64,000 nucleotides of DNA from Phoronis australis (lineage: Eukaryota; Animalia; Phoronida): positions 212,084 through 276,083 of the forward strand of contig NMRA01000539.1 of the NCBI GenBank assembly GCA_002633005.1, given 5' to 3'. Position 1 is the first letter of the stretch, and each line of letters starts with the position of its first letter. Below are positions 38,770-51,809 of the stretch, in pieces. Both the position numbers and the translations under genes were made by a program. The notes under the pieces are model-generated. The model was not told the DNA's origin, searched no databases, and saw only the letters and a list, made by a program, of their open reading frames with translations.

Positions 38770-39500
38770 AAATTGGGCCCGTGCGGCTAAAGATATTTTA
38801 TTCAAACACGGGTTTCGAGAGGTATGGATAAGTGGCCCTGGAAATATTGACTTATTTATATTAAAAATTAAGCAAAGATTGCTGGATTGTGGTGCCCAAG
38901 AATAGAGGATATGCAGAACGTCAGCAAGTGCTCATTTTACTCTATCATCAAAACAGATCTATCTTGTGAAGAATAGCTTTGCTGTCTACCACCAACTCTT
39001 CGTAGAATATTAGCCAAATTCAGGTGCTCTGGACATCAACTGAAAACATAAACTGGTAGGCACCATGACATTCCAAAGGATGAGAGGCTTTGTGAAATCT
39101 GGAGCCGCTCAGAAATTGAACACGAAATACATTCATTACTTAACTGTCCAGTACTAATCTATATTAGATCATATTTTACCAGAACTATCCGGACACTTTA
39201 CTGATATGAAAACATCAAATATCCATTTAACTCTAGCAACCTTTTGAAAAGACTGTCCCTATTTACAATAAAAGCTTGTGATTTAAGACAGAAAATTTTG
39301 ACATTGTGAACGTGTAAATATGTATATACGTATTGAACATCTGCTCATGAAATAGCCATCTATACCAACTATTGCAATGTAACATGTACACATGAGCTTA
39401 GCTCCAAGTACAAATAAACAATCTCTGTATCTGTCTCCCTCCCCTCCTTCCGTCCCTCCCTCCGTCCCTCCCTCCGTCCCTCCCTCCCCCCTCTCTCTCC
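38770..39500 (+). mobile_element. 3' remnant of an RTEX/CR1-group non-LTR retrotransposon with microsatellite tail
   Basis: LAKFRCSGHQLK..TGRHHDIPKDERLCE...EHEIHSLLNC zinc-finger motif at ~39009-39150, then AATAAA and (CCTC/CCGTCCCTC)n. Confidence 0.7.
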
Positions 39501-39595
39501 ATTAGGTCACCTTGGGCGCATTCTAATCATGGGCCAAATTTTAACTAGGCTCTAGTACATGCGAACTTCGAAACGTGCTTGGCAGTTTATTGATA

Positions 39596-42500
39596 TCAGT
39601 CGTAAGTTTTCAACTTGTCAAACAATCGATCAGTTAGAGGGGAATTTTCTTTCAAGGCTTTCCTCTCTATCAACAGTTGCCTGAAAAAAACAAAAACAAC
39701 AAATTATTAATGCACGTTGTTTCACAACAGGCAGATTCAAAACTTTTAAAATTATCAAGAAGAAAACCATTTAATAATAAACTGATTGCAAAACGCTTAA
39801 AAATGTAGTTTTACAGATGAAGGCCATCTGAACAACCACCAAGAAGTGTTATCGCTACTGTGCACGTATATTTAAATAGATACTGGGTCATCTAATCCAT
39901 GTATCCTAGAAACCACTGACAGACAGATCGCGACTTTATACCTCTAACGCCACGACTATCATATACTATTTTCATATAGCGCCAACAGGGGTCAAGGAGG
40001 TACTACATGAGAATGGCCTAATTAGCGCGCTTCGTCGATTAAGCCTCCCATAGCCGTCTTAATAGCAAGTTGTTGCGTACCCGGCCAATCGCTTGTGTTT
40101 CTTTAATGGCGACTTTATTGCACAATTTATCAATAGTAGATTGAAGACATCTCTCTGAAACAAAATAATGTTGCGTCTTAACGTGCGGAGTACTAACAAG
40201 AGATGGAAAACTTAATTTGAAGGCAGCCTAGAGCGCCTTGCATGACAACTCATGAAACGACTGTAAATGTCCTGGAATGCACAGCTTACGAAGAGTATTT
40301 TTGAAGGGCGCTACAGCTGGGAAAATGAACTACCCAACGGGTTTAAAGAGCGTAGTGAGTTTCCTGCTAAAAAATCGGCTTTTCATTAAGTTTGGTTTTA
40401 CAACATATCTCTTTTGTAGGATTATTTCAATAAGCCTAGTCTTAGTCCCAAAATTGAACTGTGGTGAAGTGGAAAAGGAAAACTGTCTTGAATTAAGCTG
40501 CTAGATTACATATAAGATATACACCTTCTGTGTCAGTATCCCTTCATGGAACAAAAATTAAAAGAATCACATTTTTATGAGTAACCATAGGCCTATTTAC
40601 CTGAGCATTGCTGCCGCCAGTCTTAAAAATATCGTATCTGATTGGATAAAGCAATTCGACTGCCTTCTCGTAGTTTTCCGAATCGTACGCTTGGAGCGCT
40701 TCACATATGTTCAATCCCATCTTCTCCATCACGTCTCGACAATAACCGTCACCATTTCTGAATGTATTCAATAAGGAAAAATGTATATAAACATCTTTTC
40801 CAACTCGTTCAATTCTAACAAATGGCAATTGTTCTGAAATAAAGTGACTTAAGTCGAACGAGTTGAAAAATAACATGACACCTAACTCCACAAGTTCCAA
40901 AATAAACCATTGTAGTTTCTCTTGCATATGAGATCATGGACTCGAACGAGTAAACGACACAAAGGACACAGGAAATCGGCGCAGATGCACGATTCCTAGG
41001 CTTGAACCTAGTGACCCCGTTTTTTTAGTCCTCGTTGATTTTGTTCAGTAAAAGGTCCCCACACCGAGAAATTCTAGCCCCCTATATTTTAGAACGGGTA
41101 CGTGCAAGAAGATAATAACCATTAAAAGCCATTTTATATATCAAGCCTATAAAAACAAGGTAAGGTATTTTGTGTTGGTTTATAGGAGCAAAATAAGAAT
41201 TTCAAAAGATTGCCTACTCATGTACGATCTTGGAAAAACAGTACTATACGTCATCTTACGTACTCGATAAAATCCTTGATGGCTTTCAACATGTCTTGCG
41301 CCTCGTCTTTCTTAGCCCCCACACATGACCCAAACGTATGCGCGTCGTAGAACACGTTGCTCATGCTGTACATACGTGGCTTGCAGTATTCAAACACCTC
41401 TTGCCAGCGGTTTCCCACGTCTATACCTGTTAAAGCGGTGGGGAACCAATTACGTACATCATGGACAAAGTATGGTTATTGGCTAAAATATGGCCAGGAA
41501 ACAACTATATACCATATTTAAATAGGTCGTAGTCGTTGCACAATTTGCCTGGAAAGTTACCTATACCACAGTGACACAGGGAAAGTCGTTAGTTTTTTAT
41601 TCACGAAACGGCTCTAGTGGGCTGTTGCAAGAGTGCCCTAAAAGTCTTAAGAAGGGAATTAACCTTGATAAGTCAAAAGTTTCGGTGGAAACGACATCGC
41701 AGCAATTTAAACACTCCCTTCGTTTCAGTTTAGCTAACGGATCCTATCCTAATCCGGTCGGAATGTATTCCCAAATACATAAATTTCAGATTTTACTTTC
41801 TGACGATACACCAACAAGTTGCCACCGAATCGAGCGACACAGAGCATCGTCTTCTATGAACTTGGTAGCAAAAACATCAAGGTACACGGCTGGGATTTTT
41901 GAAAACAATACATATAAAATTTTGAAATGTCGTTACCGATAACAAAACAGTAAAAAGGGTCATAAAACGACATGAAACGATAAAACACGTATTTAAAGCA
42001 GCCACACGTGTCATTTTGGCGGACTTCTTCAATGGCGAGAAGTCTGCGAGGACAATGCATCCGACCGCTTTTAATACGAGTTATATTCTATTCATCGCGT
42101 TCTGCTACCTTTTTACTGCCTATTTTAATGATATCACTCGATTGGTGAGACCATTCAACGATATGAAGTGGAGAAAGCAAAGGAGGAGCGTGTCTTTCAC
42201 ACCGAAGTATATTCAAGCATTAGATTATAAAGAGCTTTGCGCAATTACTGCATATATAGACAAAGCATTATTCTCGCGTGATCTCGAACCGAGTTAGGGG
42301 AACTAAATTTACGCGTAATTTGAGAACAGCTATAACATGCATCATGGGATTTCTACCTTCAAACTCGAGGCGATACAGTGTAGATACGGCGTCACAAATG
42401 TCTATAGGCCCAGTGTTTTGTTTAAAACGCGGAAGCACTTCAGTGTCGTACAAGCTCAAAGCGGCTTCGAAGTCGCCCTGGAAAACATCTATCAATAGTA

Positions 42501-45500
42501 AACATTGTAAACGAGAACTATGGAAGACACGCAAATGTTGGACCAAAACAGAATTCTCAACGTTTGCAGTCCTAGCACGGAAAGTATAAAACAGTTGCTT
42601 GTAAGAAAAAGCGTATCTCATTTCCACACATGTCTACTCACGTGTCTGAACAGGTGGGACACCAAACGATTTAGAAGAGGCTATTTTTCGAATTTACTCG
42701 GCGTGACTTATTTTAAAAAATCAACACAATTGTACTAAACTTATGAATTCACATCCTACAGTTGCATTAATAATATACTGGCGACAACACTTGCAACACA
42801 TTTACGAACCATCACTACTTCTTCAGAAACACAAATAGACCTTTTGTAAAATAGGCACGGTTACCTTACCTTTTCGATGTAGTATATAGCCAGATGCCAA
42901 AACGTGTGGCACGACAGGAAACTTTGCTGCAACGGAGCAAAGCATCGTGAGTTTACTTCATTGACTAAGCTTACTACAGTGTTGGCGAATGCAGAGGTGC
43001 AAGACAAGTCAGACTATAAAAATCACGTAAACTCACCAGTGTTGTGAGAGTAAATCTCGAGATTTAATGACAGCCACTGAAATAACTGGTGGGCGAGGAG
43101 GGGATAATGTTTTCCGTTTCATAAGTCAAAAGTTTATCGCCTAAGTGTCTCTCAAGTGCCTTGCGTTTAAGAAACGCACCCCAGTTCCGCACTGCAAAAT
43201 GCTCGGGAGTGAAATAATACGGTAATGTATAACATGACTTGATTTTCGACTTGTAAAAGTGTGAATAACTTCTATGACATTTGCTACGTATAATTTAAGG
43301 TTTTAAGAGGCTTAAACTTTGTTAGTACTTTTTGTGTTGACAATTAACTGCAAAACAAAATCTCATATCATAGCCATATAATTTGTTCAACATGTTAAAA
43401 ATCACGGTACAATTACGTATTCTGAAATTAGATATCGTATGTTACTTACCGCCCAGTCTTGGGTGTTCGACTCTAGTCTCTTTATACCTTCATTAAAACG
43501 CCCAGTCATTTCGTGAACATGCGCAAGGGCGTGATTAGCAAACGCATCTGAAGGATGCACTTCTAATGCCTGAAATTATAATTATTATAATATTAATAGT
43601 ACCAATTATGTATAACAATAATGATAGTGGTGAAGAAGATAATCATGTTAGGAAGATTTAGAAATAGTCACTCATTTCATTCATGTAGAAAGCTCAAGCC
43701 TAGGGAATCCAATTAAGCTGAAGCTACAATAAATCTGACGGCGTTTTCTTTAGATCCTGTTCCTCCATGGGACAAAATGTGTGTGTGGGCGAAATTCTGC
43801 ACCCCGACTATGTTTGATAAGTAAGCTGAGAATGACCCACGGTTTAACATAAACTCAAAATTTATAGCAAGAGTTAGATTAAGTAACTTAATCAAAAATG
43901 TTAAAATGATATTTGGTCAGAACCTAGTCAGAGCCTTTACGTTCCTATCAATGGAAGTTCGGAGTTTTTACTTTTCACCCTAGAACTACTAAAATTAACA
44001 AATGTGTGTCTGCATTCTTAGTGTGGAGTGTCTGTTGACTGAAGCAGGGTAGTTAATTATATATATATTTTCTTCAGGCTATAGGTCCCTTAAAATATTA
44101 AAGTAGAGCCGGCTTCGGGAAAGAGACCCTAGCCAGTTTCGATTACTTACTATGGCGTACATGAGCATGAAAAGATATATATAAAGTCAATCAAATCAAC
44201 TTTCGCAGGATATTTTGCAATTCTAATGTGAAATAGAGTTTCTCTCTTCCAAGCGATGTTCAAACGTTGATCTACCCGAGTATGTGAGCGCACCTTTAGT
44301 CCTATTTTCTCAGCTAGATCGTAGTTCTCAGACTCCTCCAACCCGAAGCAGTAAAAACCATGGATATATCTAAAACGAGTCACTTTACAAAGCAATTGAC
44401 TTGACAACGTGAAATGAATTGTAAATGAGCTTGGACGGTCATTCAGAATTAACAAAGACTACATTAAACAACGGAAGGACACAGGAAACCCATCATGAAT
44501 AACTTGTGCATAACGACAAGTCGGTGCTCTTGTTTTGTATAAAGTAAATTCATGTAAAGCAGAAATACAGCTTAGGCGGTTAATTGGCCGTCTTAAAGGA
44601 GAATGCCACCCAAAAACAACCTATTTTGTATCAATTTATATCGAGTAGTTCTACTCGATAACGGCACTTTCGGTTCGTTACCTGTCACCTGACGGCAGAC
44701 GGAGGTTTTGAAATTATCCAATGACGTAATTGGTTTCACACGCAGTCTCTTCAGCAGTTCACATCCCGGGTTAGTGGTGTCCCCTTATCGCGTGAATTCA
44801 TCGTTTAACACCAACAAATCATCAAACTGCCATGTAAAATCCTTAAAAATACACCGAGTTCTTATAAAGAACGTGTTGTTTTATTTCGCTGTTACGAATT
44901 TACAAAGTTCGGCAGGCCAATTTACCAAGATCCGTAGCAGGAGTTTGGGGTCTGTTCGGAGATAAATCCGAAGTATTCTTCCGTGAAATACAGACAGGAG
45001 AACCTCGATCTGTGTTGTTTAGACTTGTGATTTTTTGAGTTCTAAACACACAAAACGCTTGTTATCCCGGCCAGTGGCTCGGCCCCCGATCACGCCGGTC
45101 GCGGCCGCCGGGACTGGCACGAACATATACCAGCTTGAGTTGGAAACTAAACCTCCAGTCACGAAAAGTAGTGAGCCAAAGAAATAATTTGCACGAAATT
45201 ATTTATGTGAATTAGCCACGAAACTGAAAATCTACTTACTTGTCGGGGGCTGCGAAGTCGCTTTCCCCTTCGACAGACCGTTAGGGCAAAGGCTGTGCAG
45301 TAACAATGATTTGAATAATATATTTGTATTTCTAAATAAAGATTTCCCTAACATGTGACTATAGCAAATAAAATCGAGTAATTGTTTCACAACAGCTTTC
45401 TGTCAGCAAACACTGAATAAGCATTCGCTCACCCGGCCCCGGTGCCCTGTCAATTACCTTTGTTGCCGGCATCAAAAGCCGGTAACGCAGTGGTTATTCA

Positions 45501-48500
45501 TTGCTGGTTTCTCATAACATATGGACTCACGAGCATTCCAAGGCATCACAAATTGTATCTAATGAGACAGACTTTGTTTCAGTGGTTAGGATGACAATAA
45601 TTCATTTTGAAACAGAACGCAGAATGATAAACGTCTACATGGCAACTCGCCCGGCGTCAATCTCGACTTAGTCAAGAGATCATCCGACTTCAAGGGTCGG
45701 ATCGTTAGGTTTCACAGGCTATCAGTTCGAACCGGAATACACTGATCAAGAAATACTAGAGAGGCACCGTGAACATGCCCAGGCAACAGGACGTATGGAT
45801 AGCTCTTTGGTAAGCCGGAATTCGTCAAAGAAATCATGGGTCGACAAAATTCCGGCCACAGAAACGGAGATGTTTCACGGCCTCATACTTGCTATTAACA
45901 GTGTAACTTTCTTTCTTCACTACTGCGAAACACTTCCTAAGCATTTCGGTCTCTCGAGGAAGTCGAAAACACGATATACCAGCTTTCTTCGCAACTTCAT
46001 AGTTCGGACAAGCGGAAACGATGCTCCGCAATATAGCGGCATTCACTCTGCAGACGAACCACTGACGTCGCTGCGTCGTTTCTCACCTTCCTCACAGGTT
46101 AAAGCGATAGCTCTCGGCAAGATGAGGTCGACCGTATAAGAGGCGATGTTGATGTAGACCAATTAAGATGGTAAAAAGACTAATCAAATCGGGTGGTATT
46201 CTTTAAGCCCCTACTTTCATGAATGAAATTGGTCTCAAATTGTTTCCCAGTCAAAATAGTTACGACTTTTAAGGCTTTAATTGTAAGGAACTGACAGGTC
46301 TTAGCTTGACACCAGGCTCTATATGTCGACTTGTCAAGACCTGTCATATCATTTGTCGTACATAATCTTGAGCAATATCGAACTGTCAGTTCTATACAAA
46401 GCCAGAAATCAAAAGGAAAAAATTGAGACCAATTTTATATCGGTAAATGGTCTAAATCTAAAGTTCTGTTTTCGATGAAAAGCGGGTTACAGTTACATTA
46501 GCCCATCTTACACAATAAACTGTGGTAGGCGCCTACCCGTAGTTGTCGTCATTTGGTTTGAAGTAAGGAATCACCCTTGCCACTGAATCACGCAACTGCT
46601 TGGCTCTTCCAGTTTCAAAGTAGCTGGCCAGTGCCATACGGTTAGCTAACATGTCTGTTGGGAAGTCCGTAAGAATATCTTCCCACGTAAGCTGGGCTTC
46701 ATCTTTTTTTCTGTAAAACCGGACATCAAGTGGTTATTACGGTCGATGAAGGAATCCATCAAATTAGTTCCGAGATTCTTGCAGCACAGAATAAATGTAG
46801 TAACAATAAAATCTGACATTTTAATATGACAATTATTTTTGATGCTAAAACATCGACGCTAACTTTCTCAAAATTTCAAACTTCTCTCTAAAAGACATTA
46901 ATCGTAGTCATTTATAGTAATTTGGTCTCATTTATTAAATTTTAGTTATAATTATTGATGTTTTATTCATGTGACTACTGTCAATGCGCATTGAAGTTCT
47001 TCTGTAAAAATACTGAGATGTGTTCTGTGGACGCAACACTCGCTATTAACGTGATCACCTGGCCAGCTTGAAATACATAGCGATATCTCGCGAAGATCTG
47101 CGTGATCTAGCGCTTTCACGAGTGCCTTGTGTCCACGGAACGCAGCCCAAGTATGCAAAGCATGTTACTAAGCATCCTCCAGCTCTACCCTTCTGTCCAG
47201 AGTTTGACTGCGGTCACGTGCTTTTTCTCTCGATCAGTGAGGCCTTCAGTGGTTCTCGAAAGGTTCACCATGCTCTCGAGAATACTTGAATAATCGGAAT
47301 TGGCTTTCACGTTGGCGGCCCCGGCCACCCAACTAAATCCGTGGACTAGCACCTTACCCATAACTAAAACAATGCCGAAGTAATTAGTCGTGCGGGTATG
47401 GAAGTTCTGAGCAATTTATATGGGAAAATTCTAAACGTTCGAAAACTTCAAAAATTCCCAAACAAAGAATACAAAAATTCAAACTACACATACACACGTA
47501 CAATGCCTTCATCACCTTCATTACTCTCTCTAAGTCAAAGTGCACACAGGTTGAAAATATTGTTTTAGGCACGAAGGCTTATCTGAAATCAATTTTGCAA
47601 CGTTTGGACCCGGGGGTCAATCTTAGCTTTTACTCGAAATCAACCTGGAAATTACTTTTGACATCCGCCCTGCTTTACTACTAACTCAGAATAAGTTTCT
47701 TTTCTATGCTCGAGTACAATGTGGTTTACGCGGATGGGTTTATATTCCAAATTAGTCCTTGGCTGCCCCTACAATCTCGACTAAAACTCAATATTTTGAG
47801 TTCGGACAAGAACGTATTGCTTTAATGCTGACGTTATCCCGCAGTGCAAACTAGGATTAGAAAATCAATCGCCTAAACCATAAAATAATCGAGCACAGAA
47901 TTATAGACTTTTATTTTGAATTTTTATATCAAAATAGTTTAGAGCTCAATTTCGGTTACAAAATTAGACGGGAGACCCTGTAGCACAGCGTCGAGTGGTG
48001 TGCTTGGTGGCACTGGCGGACTTAGGATGTTGTACGGGGCCAACTGCAATTTCCGTCCCTGTTCTAAATTCTCCGAAACTACAGCTCAACTGCAAAATTC
48101 ACAATAAACTATTAAATGTTGGCGGCAAAATAAAATTACAACTGCGCTCACCGAAGTTAGGATGGTCGTCGACAAGTCGTTTTGTGGACTCCGCAAAACC
48201 GCCAACAGTAGGATCATCGTGTAGTCCAACAATCTTCAACGAAACAAAAAGCGAATAACGCAGTAGCATTGTGGACATCCTCACAACACGTATTATCGTG
48301 GGGTATACACCATATGCGGTGCACCATAGGGGCCTTCACGGGGGCTTAGCCCCCACCGGCTTACTTCAGCCGAGTGCTGCGCTGCCCATAGACTCTACGA
48401 ACGACTCATTATAGGGGAAGGGGGCTATAGTCCCCACTTATTTTAGTGCTTCACCTTCCATATACACTGAACATTTTTACTCATGAACCACAACTTTACT

Positions 48501-49236
48501 CTTGAATTCTCAACTCCTTTATGAACGACTTTTCATGACAATTCCTGAAACGACCGTACTTATTCTGTGGCGCTTTAGTACTGACTACTTCTGGTTCAAA
48601 GTACAAACTTATGGCACCAGTCACGTGATATTTGTCGTTTGCTTGCAGCCGCAATTTTGTTGCACTAATTCAAAACGATTAAGTTTTCAGTGCAGAGTTT
48701 TAGAATTTAGGGCAGACCTATGCAAAGCCTATCAATGCTACATAACTTGTACGTACACATGTAACCTTTAGAGGAAATTAATTCATGTTGGTCGCAAAAT
48801 GCATTCCTACGGCTTGATCTCTGACCTCACTAGTTAAGATTTTCCATATAGAAGACGATGTGACAGATTGTGCAATATTTACCTGGCTGAGTACCGCGTG
48901 ATATAAACGACAGGCGTCATCACTTGTGGTCGTAAAGGGCAGGCCGTAGTCTATCCAGTCCTAGCATGCAGAAAAGATATCCCAGTTGTTGACGTTACAA
49001 TGCAAACATATGGCGAGTTCTCTGATCAAAGGGATATCATAAATATTACGATGGGTCACGTTTCAGCAAAACTAGGAACATACTGAGGAGCTACTCTTGT
49101 TATTAAATATAACCGAGTAAATATAAGCTGCATTGCATAACTAGTAAAAAGTCGGAGTACGCTCGCTACAGTAAAGGGTATATGCATGAGTTATAGTAAT
49201 TTGACAAACCTTGCAGCTTCTCCAGGATTTGGACAT
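39596..49236 (-). CDS. TTC38: Tetratricopeptide repeat protein 38, complete, 13 coding exons, 462 aa
   Basis: Phase-compatible exons 49236-49210 (MSKSWRSCK), 48960-48883, 48233-48152, 47363-47189 (LTDREKKHVTAV), 46710-46537 (WEDILTDFPTDMLA...LRDSVARV), 44369-44294 (YCFGLEES), 43569-43450 (HALAHVHEM), 42926-42870 (CHTFWHLA), 42477-42357, 41426-41264, 40757-40601 (GGSNAQ), 40154-40081 (RDVFNLLLI), 39680-39596 (ERKALKENSPLTDRL). Sum 1389 nt. Confidence 0.95.
44597..46202 (-). mobile_element. Internally deleted TTAA-targeting THAP-bearing (Kolobok-like) transposon in TTC38 intron 5
   Basis: TTAA|AGGAGAATGCCACCC ... GGGTGGTATTCT|TTAA. Decayed THAP domain on minus strand from ATG 46042 (MPLYC..ACPNY...GISCFRLP.E..LRK...HLRFCGRNF). 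Confidence 0.8.
46226..46436. mobile_element. Small foldback MITE
   Basis: AAATTGGTCTCAAATTGTTTCC / GGAAAAAATTGAGACCAATTT inverted ends, with internal TGACAGGTCTT/AAGACCTGTCA inverted repeat. Confidence 0.6.
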
Positions 49237-50436
49237 GATGAGCGTCGTCAAGACAGATACTTCTTTCCTGAATGTATTAGATCAGGCTCGACTGACCCAC
49301 GTCACTTATCTAATCGGGCGAGAGTGACAAGCCGTATCATGAATGCTAATACTGCCCTCCACAACTGAGGTCAACGTCTGGGTCAGTCAAACTTAGACGA
49401 GCGGAAGGGCATCCTCGTCCCCAAGCCTCAAGATGGCGCTGATCCGAGACTCGCTGGTCCCCTGCGTGTCTGCTATGGAATAGAGGAGTAAGAGGACACG
49501 CAGGTATCATCTAGTTTTCCTCGAGAAATGTTTTTACACCTGCATATTTAATTGGCTCATCGAATTCTTAATAGGTAGCGCTTTACGTAAACAAAGTGGC
49601 ATGACTGATGGAGGGAGTGTAGGCCTACATGTGGTCTGTTGTATAGACAAATGGGAGGTTAATTGGGATATCATCTTGAAGAAATGTGAACCGTAAAGTT
49701 GTGTGTCGGTGTACATTTTTCAACTGTCGTTGATTTTTTTACGTTGCTGTCCTGTATTCACATAGTATGAATAACACACCGGTTAAATCTGCCAGATACA
49801 TGTCCATTTTATGTGCTTCAAGCACGTGGCTATTGAAAAACCGGACCATCGCCGCACAAATAAAAAAGTTCATGTTTAATCAACGTTTCGTCAATTCATT
49901 CGAAATCATCTGGATCATGTTTACAAAGGACAGCAAGTGCCAACACACAGCTCAGGTAACACCCATAAAGTGAAGTGAGAGATACAGGGAAAATAGTCAG
50001 TTGGTAGTCATCACCATAGTTGCAGGGTCACTGAGCTCTGCATGTTATTCAGAGAATCGGTAGCAGTCGTTCTGAATGACCAATGACTCGTTAATGTAGA
50101 GTAATTCCTTATTAGGTTCTATGCAGATAATACTAACTGAATTGGCTTGGTGATTGTTGCTAACACAATGCCTACATATGTTGGTTTTCTCTGTTGTGTG
50201 ATGTTCCACAGGGGCGTCTCTGTGTGAGTCCGATATGGAATTCCTTACAGTTGTCACATTCAACCTTATAAGCAACATTGCTTTTGTTAGTAAAAGGATG
50301 GGTGGCTTAAGTTTACACAGCATATTGGAAAGTTTCNCGGTTAAATCTGCCAGATATGTGTCCATCTTATGTGCTTCAAGCACGTGGCTATATTGAAAAA
50401 CCGGACAATCGCCGCACAAATAAAAAGTTCATGTTC

Positions 50437-50475
50437 AATCAACGTTTCGTCAATTCATTAGACATCATCAGGATC
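50437..50475 (-). ncRNA. Minimal type I hammerhead ribozyme motif in the Penelope terminal repeat
   Basis: Minus strand GATC-CTGATGA-T-GTC-TAATGAATT-GAC-GAAA-CGTT-GATT. Mutated copies at ~49877-49916 and ~55434-55476. Confidence 0.7.
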
Positions 50476-51809
50476 ATGTTTACAAAGGACAGCAAGTGCC
50501 AACACACAGCTGAGGTAACACCCATAAAGTGAAGTGAGAGATACAGAGAAAATAGTCAGTAGGTAGTCATCACCATAGTTGCAGGGTCACTGAGCTCTGC
50601 ATGTTATTCAGAGAATCGGTAGCAGTGGTTCTGAATGACCAATGACTTGTTAATGTAGAGTAATTCCTTATTAGGTTCTCTGCAGATAATACTAACTGAA
50701 TTGGCTTGGTGAATGTTGCTAACACAATACCTACATATGTTGGTTTTCTCTGTGGTGTGATGTTCCACAGGGGCGTCTCTGTGTGAGTCCGATATGGAAT
50801 TCCTTACAGTTGTCACATTCAACCTTATAAGCAACATTACCGTTGTGAGTAAAAGGATGGGTGGCTTAAGTTTACACAGCATATTGGAAAGTTTCCGAAA
50901 AGGTTTGAAAACAACTATCGAGTCGGTTCAACGGCTGGGTCTATGCAATGAATTAGGCGAGCTAATTGACGTTTCAATTTTATACTACATCACCCGGTAT
51001 AACCAAGAGAAAAGAAAACTTTCTTTTTCTGGGGTCCAATAACAGCTACCTTATCTGCCTCATTCATTTTTGAAAGGAAGTGCCTTTTACAGCTATTCAA
51101 AAATTCTGAGGGTAACTATTGGCACGTAATAATTGGAAAATCCCAGCTACGTCACTTTCAAAATTTATATTGGTTGAACAAATTCTCCAGGCACGATGTA
51201 GCAAGCAATTGACTAGACCTCTCTTATATTGGATCGGCACAAAGCTATTAAGTTTAAGATAAAGCCCAGAAAACTGGGCTTACGATACACAGATGTAACA
51301 ACGGTGCTATTCTCACGTTTAACTAAGATATCTAGAAAATGTGAACACGACTTGTGCTCAGATTTACTGGTGAAGTTGATGGACGGTTGCATATTGTTCA
51401 TGTGACTGAAAAGGTGTTAACTGAGTTCTTGGATGATAACACAACAAACGTATCGTCCACATACCTACGATAAAATTGTGGTTTACCATCCGGTGGACTA
51501 CTAGCCAGAGCCCCAGTCTTGAGAATGCACATGAAAATATTAGCTAACACTGGTCCCAGGGGTAAACCCATGGCCACTCCGTCAAACTGATCATAAAAGT
51601 TATGATTTATCTGCGATCGTGAGTAACTAAGTGGTTACGAGTCAATTTATGGACCTTGTCAGTATCAATATACAGCTTAGCTTATTAATGACTTCATCCA
51701 CAGGTACATTAGTGAGGAGGCTGCAAACATCTAGACTACACATAAATGGTGCATCATTAAGTGCACGGACTTCATTAACAAACTGAAAAGAATCTCTGGC
51801 AAGCTCATC

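Noticed and set aside
46967-47158. ORF that looked like a degenerate TTC38 exon
   Set aside because: The true exon is 47363-47189; this stretch is intronic and the resemblance is coincidental.
49780-50895. Third tandem copy of the Penelope 3' end
   Set aside because: Split by a single N at 50337; likely two haplotypes placed in tandem, so not counted as real multimer structure.
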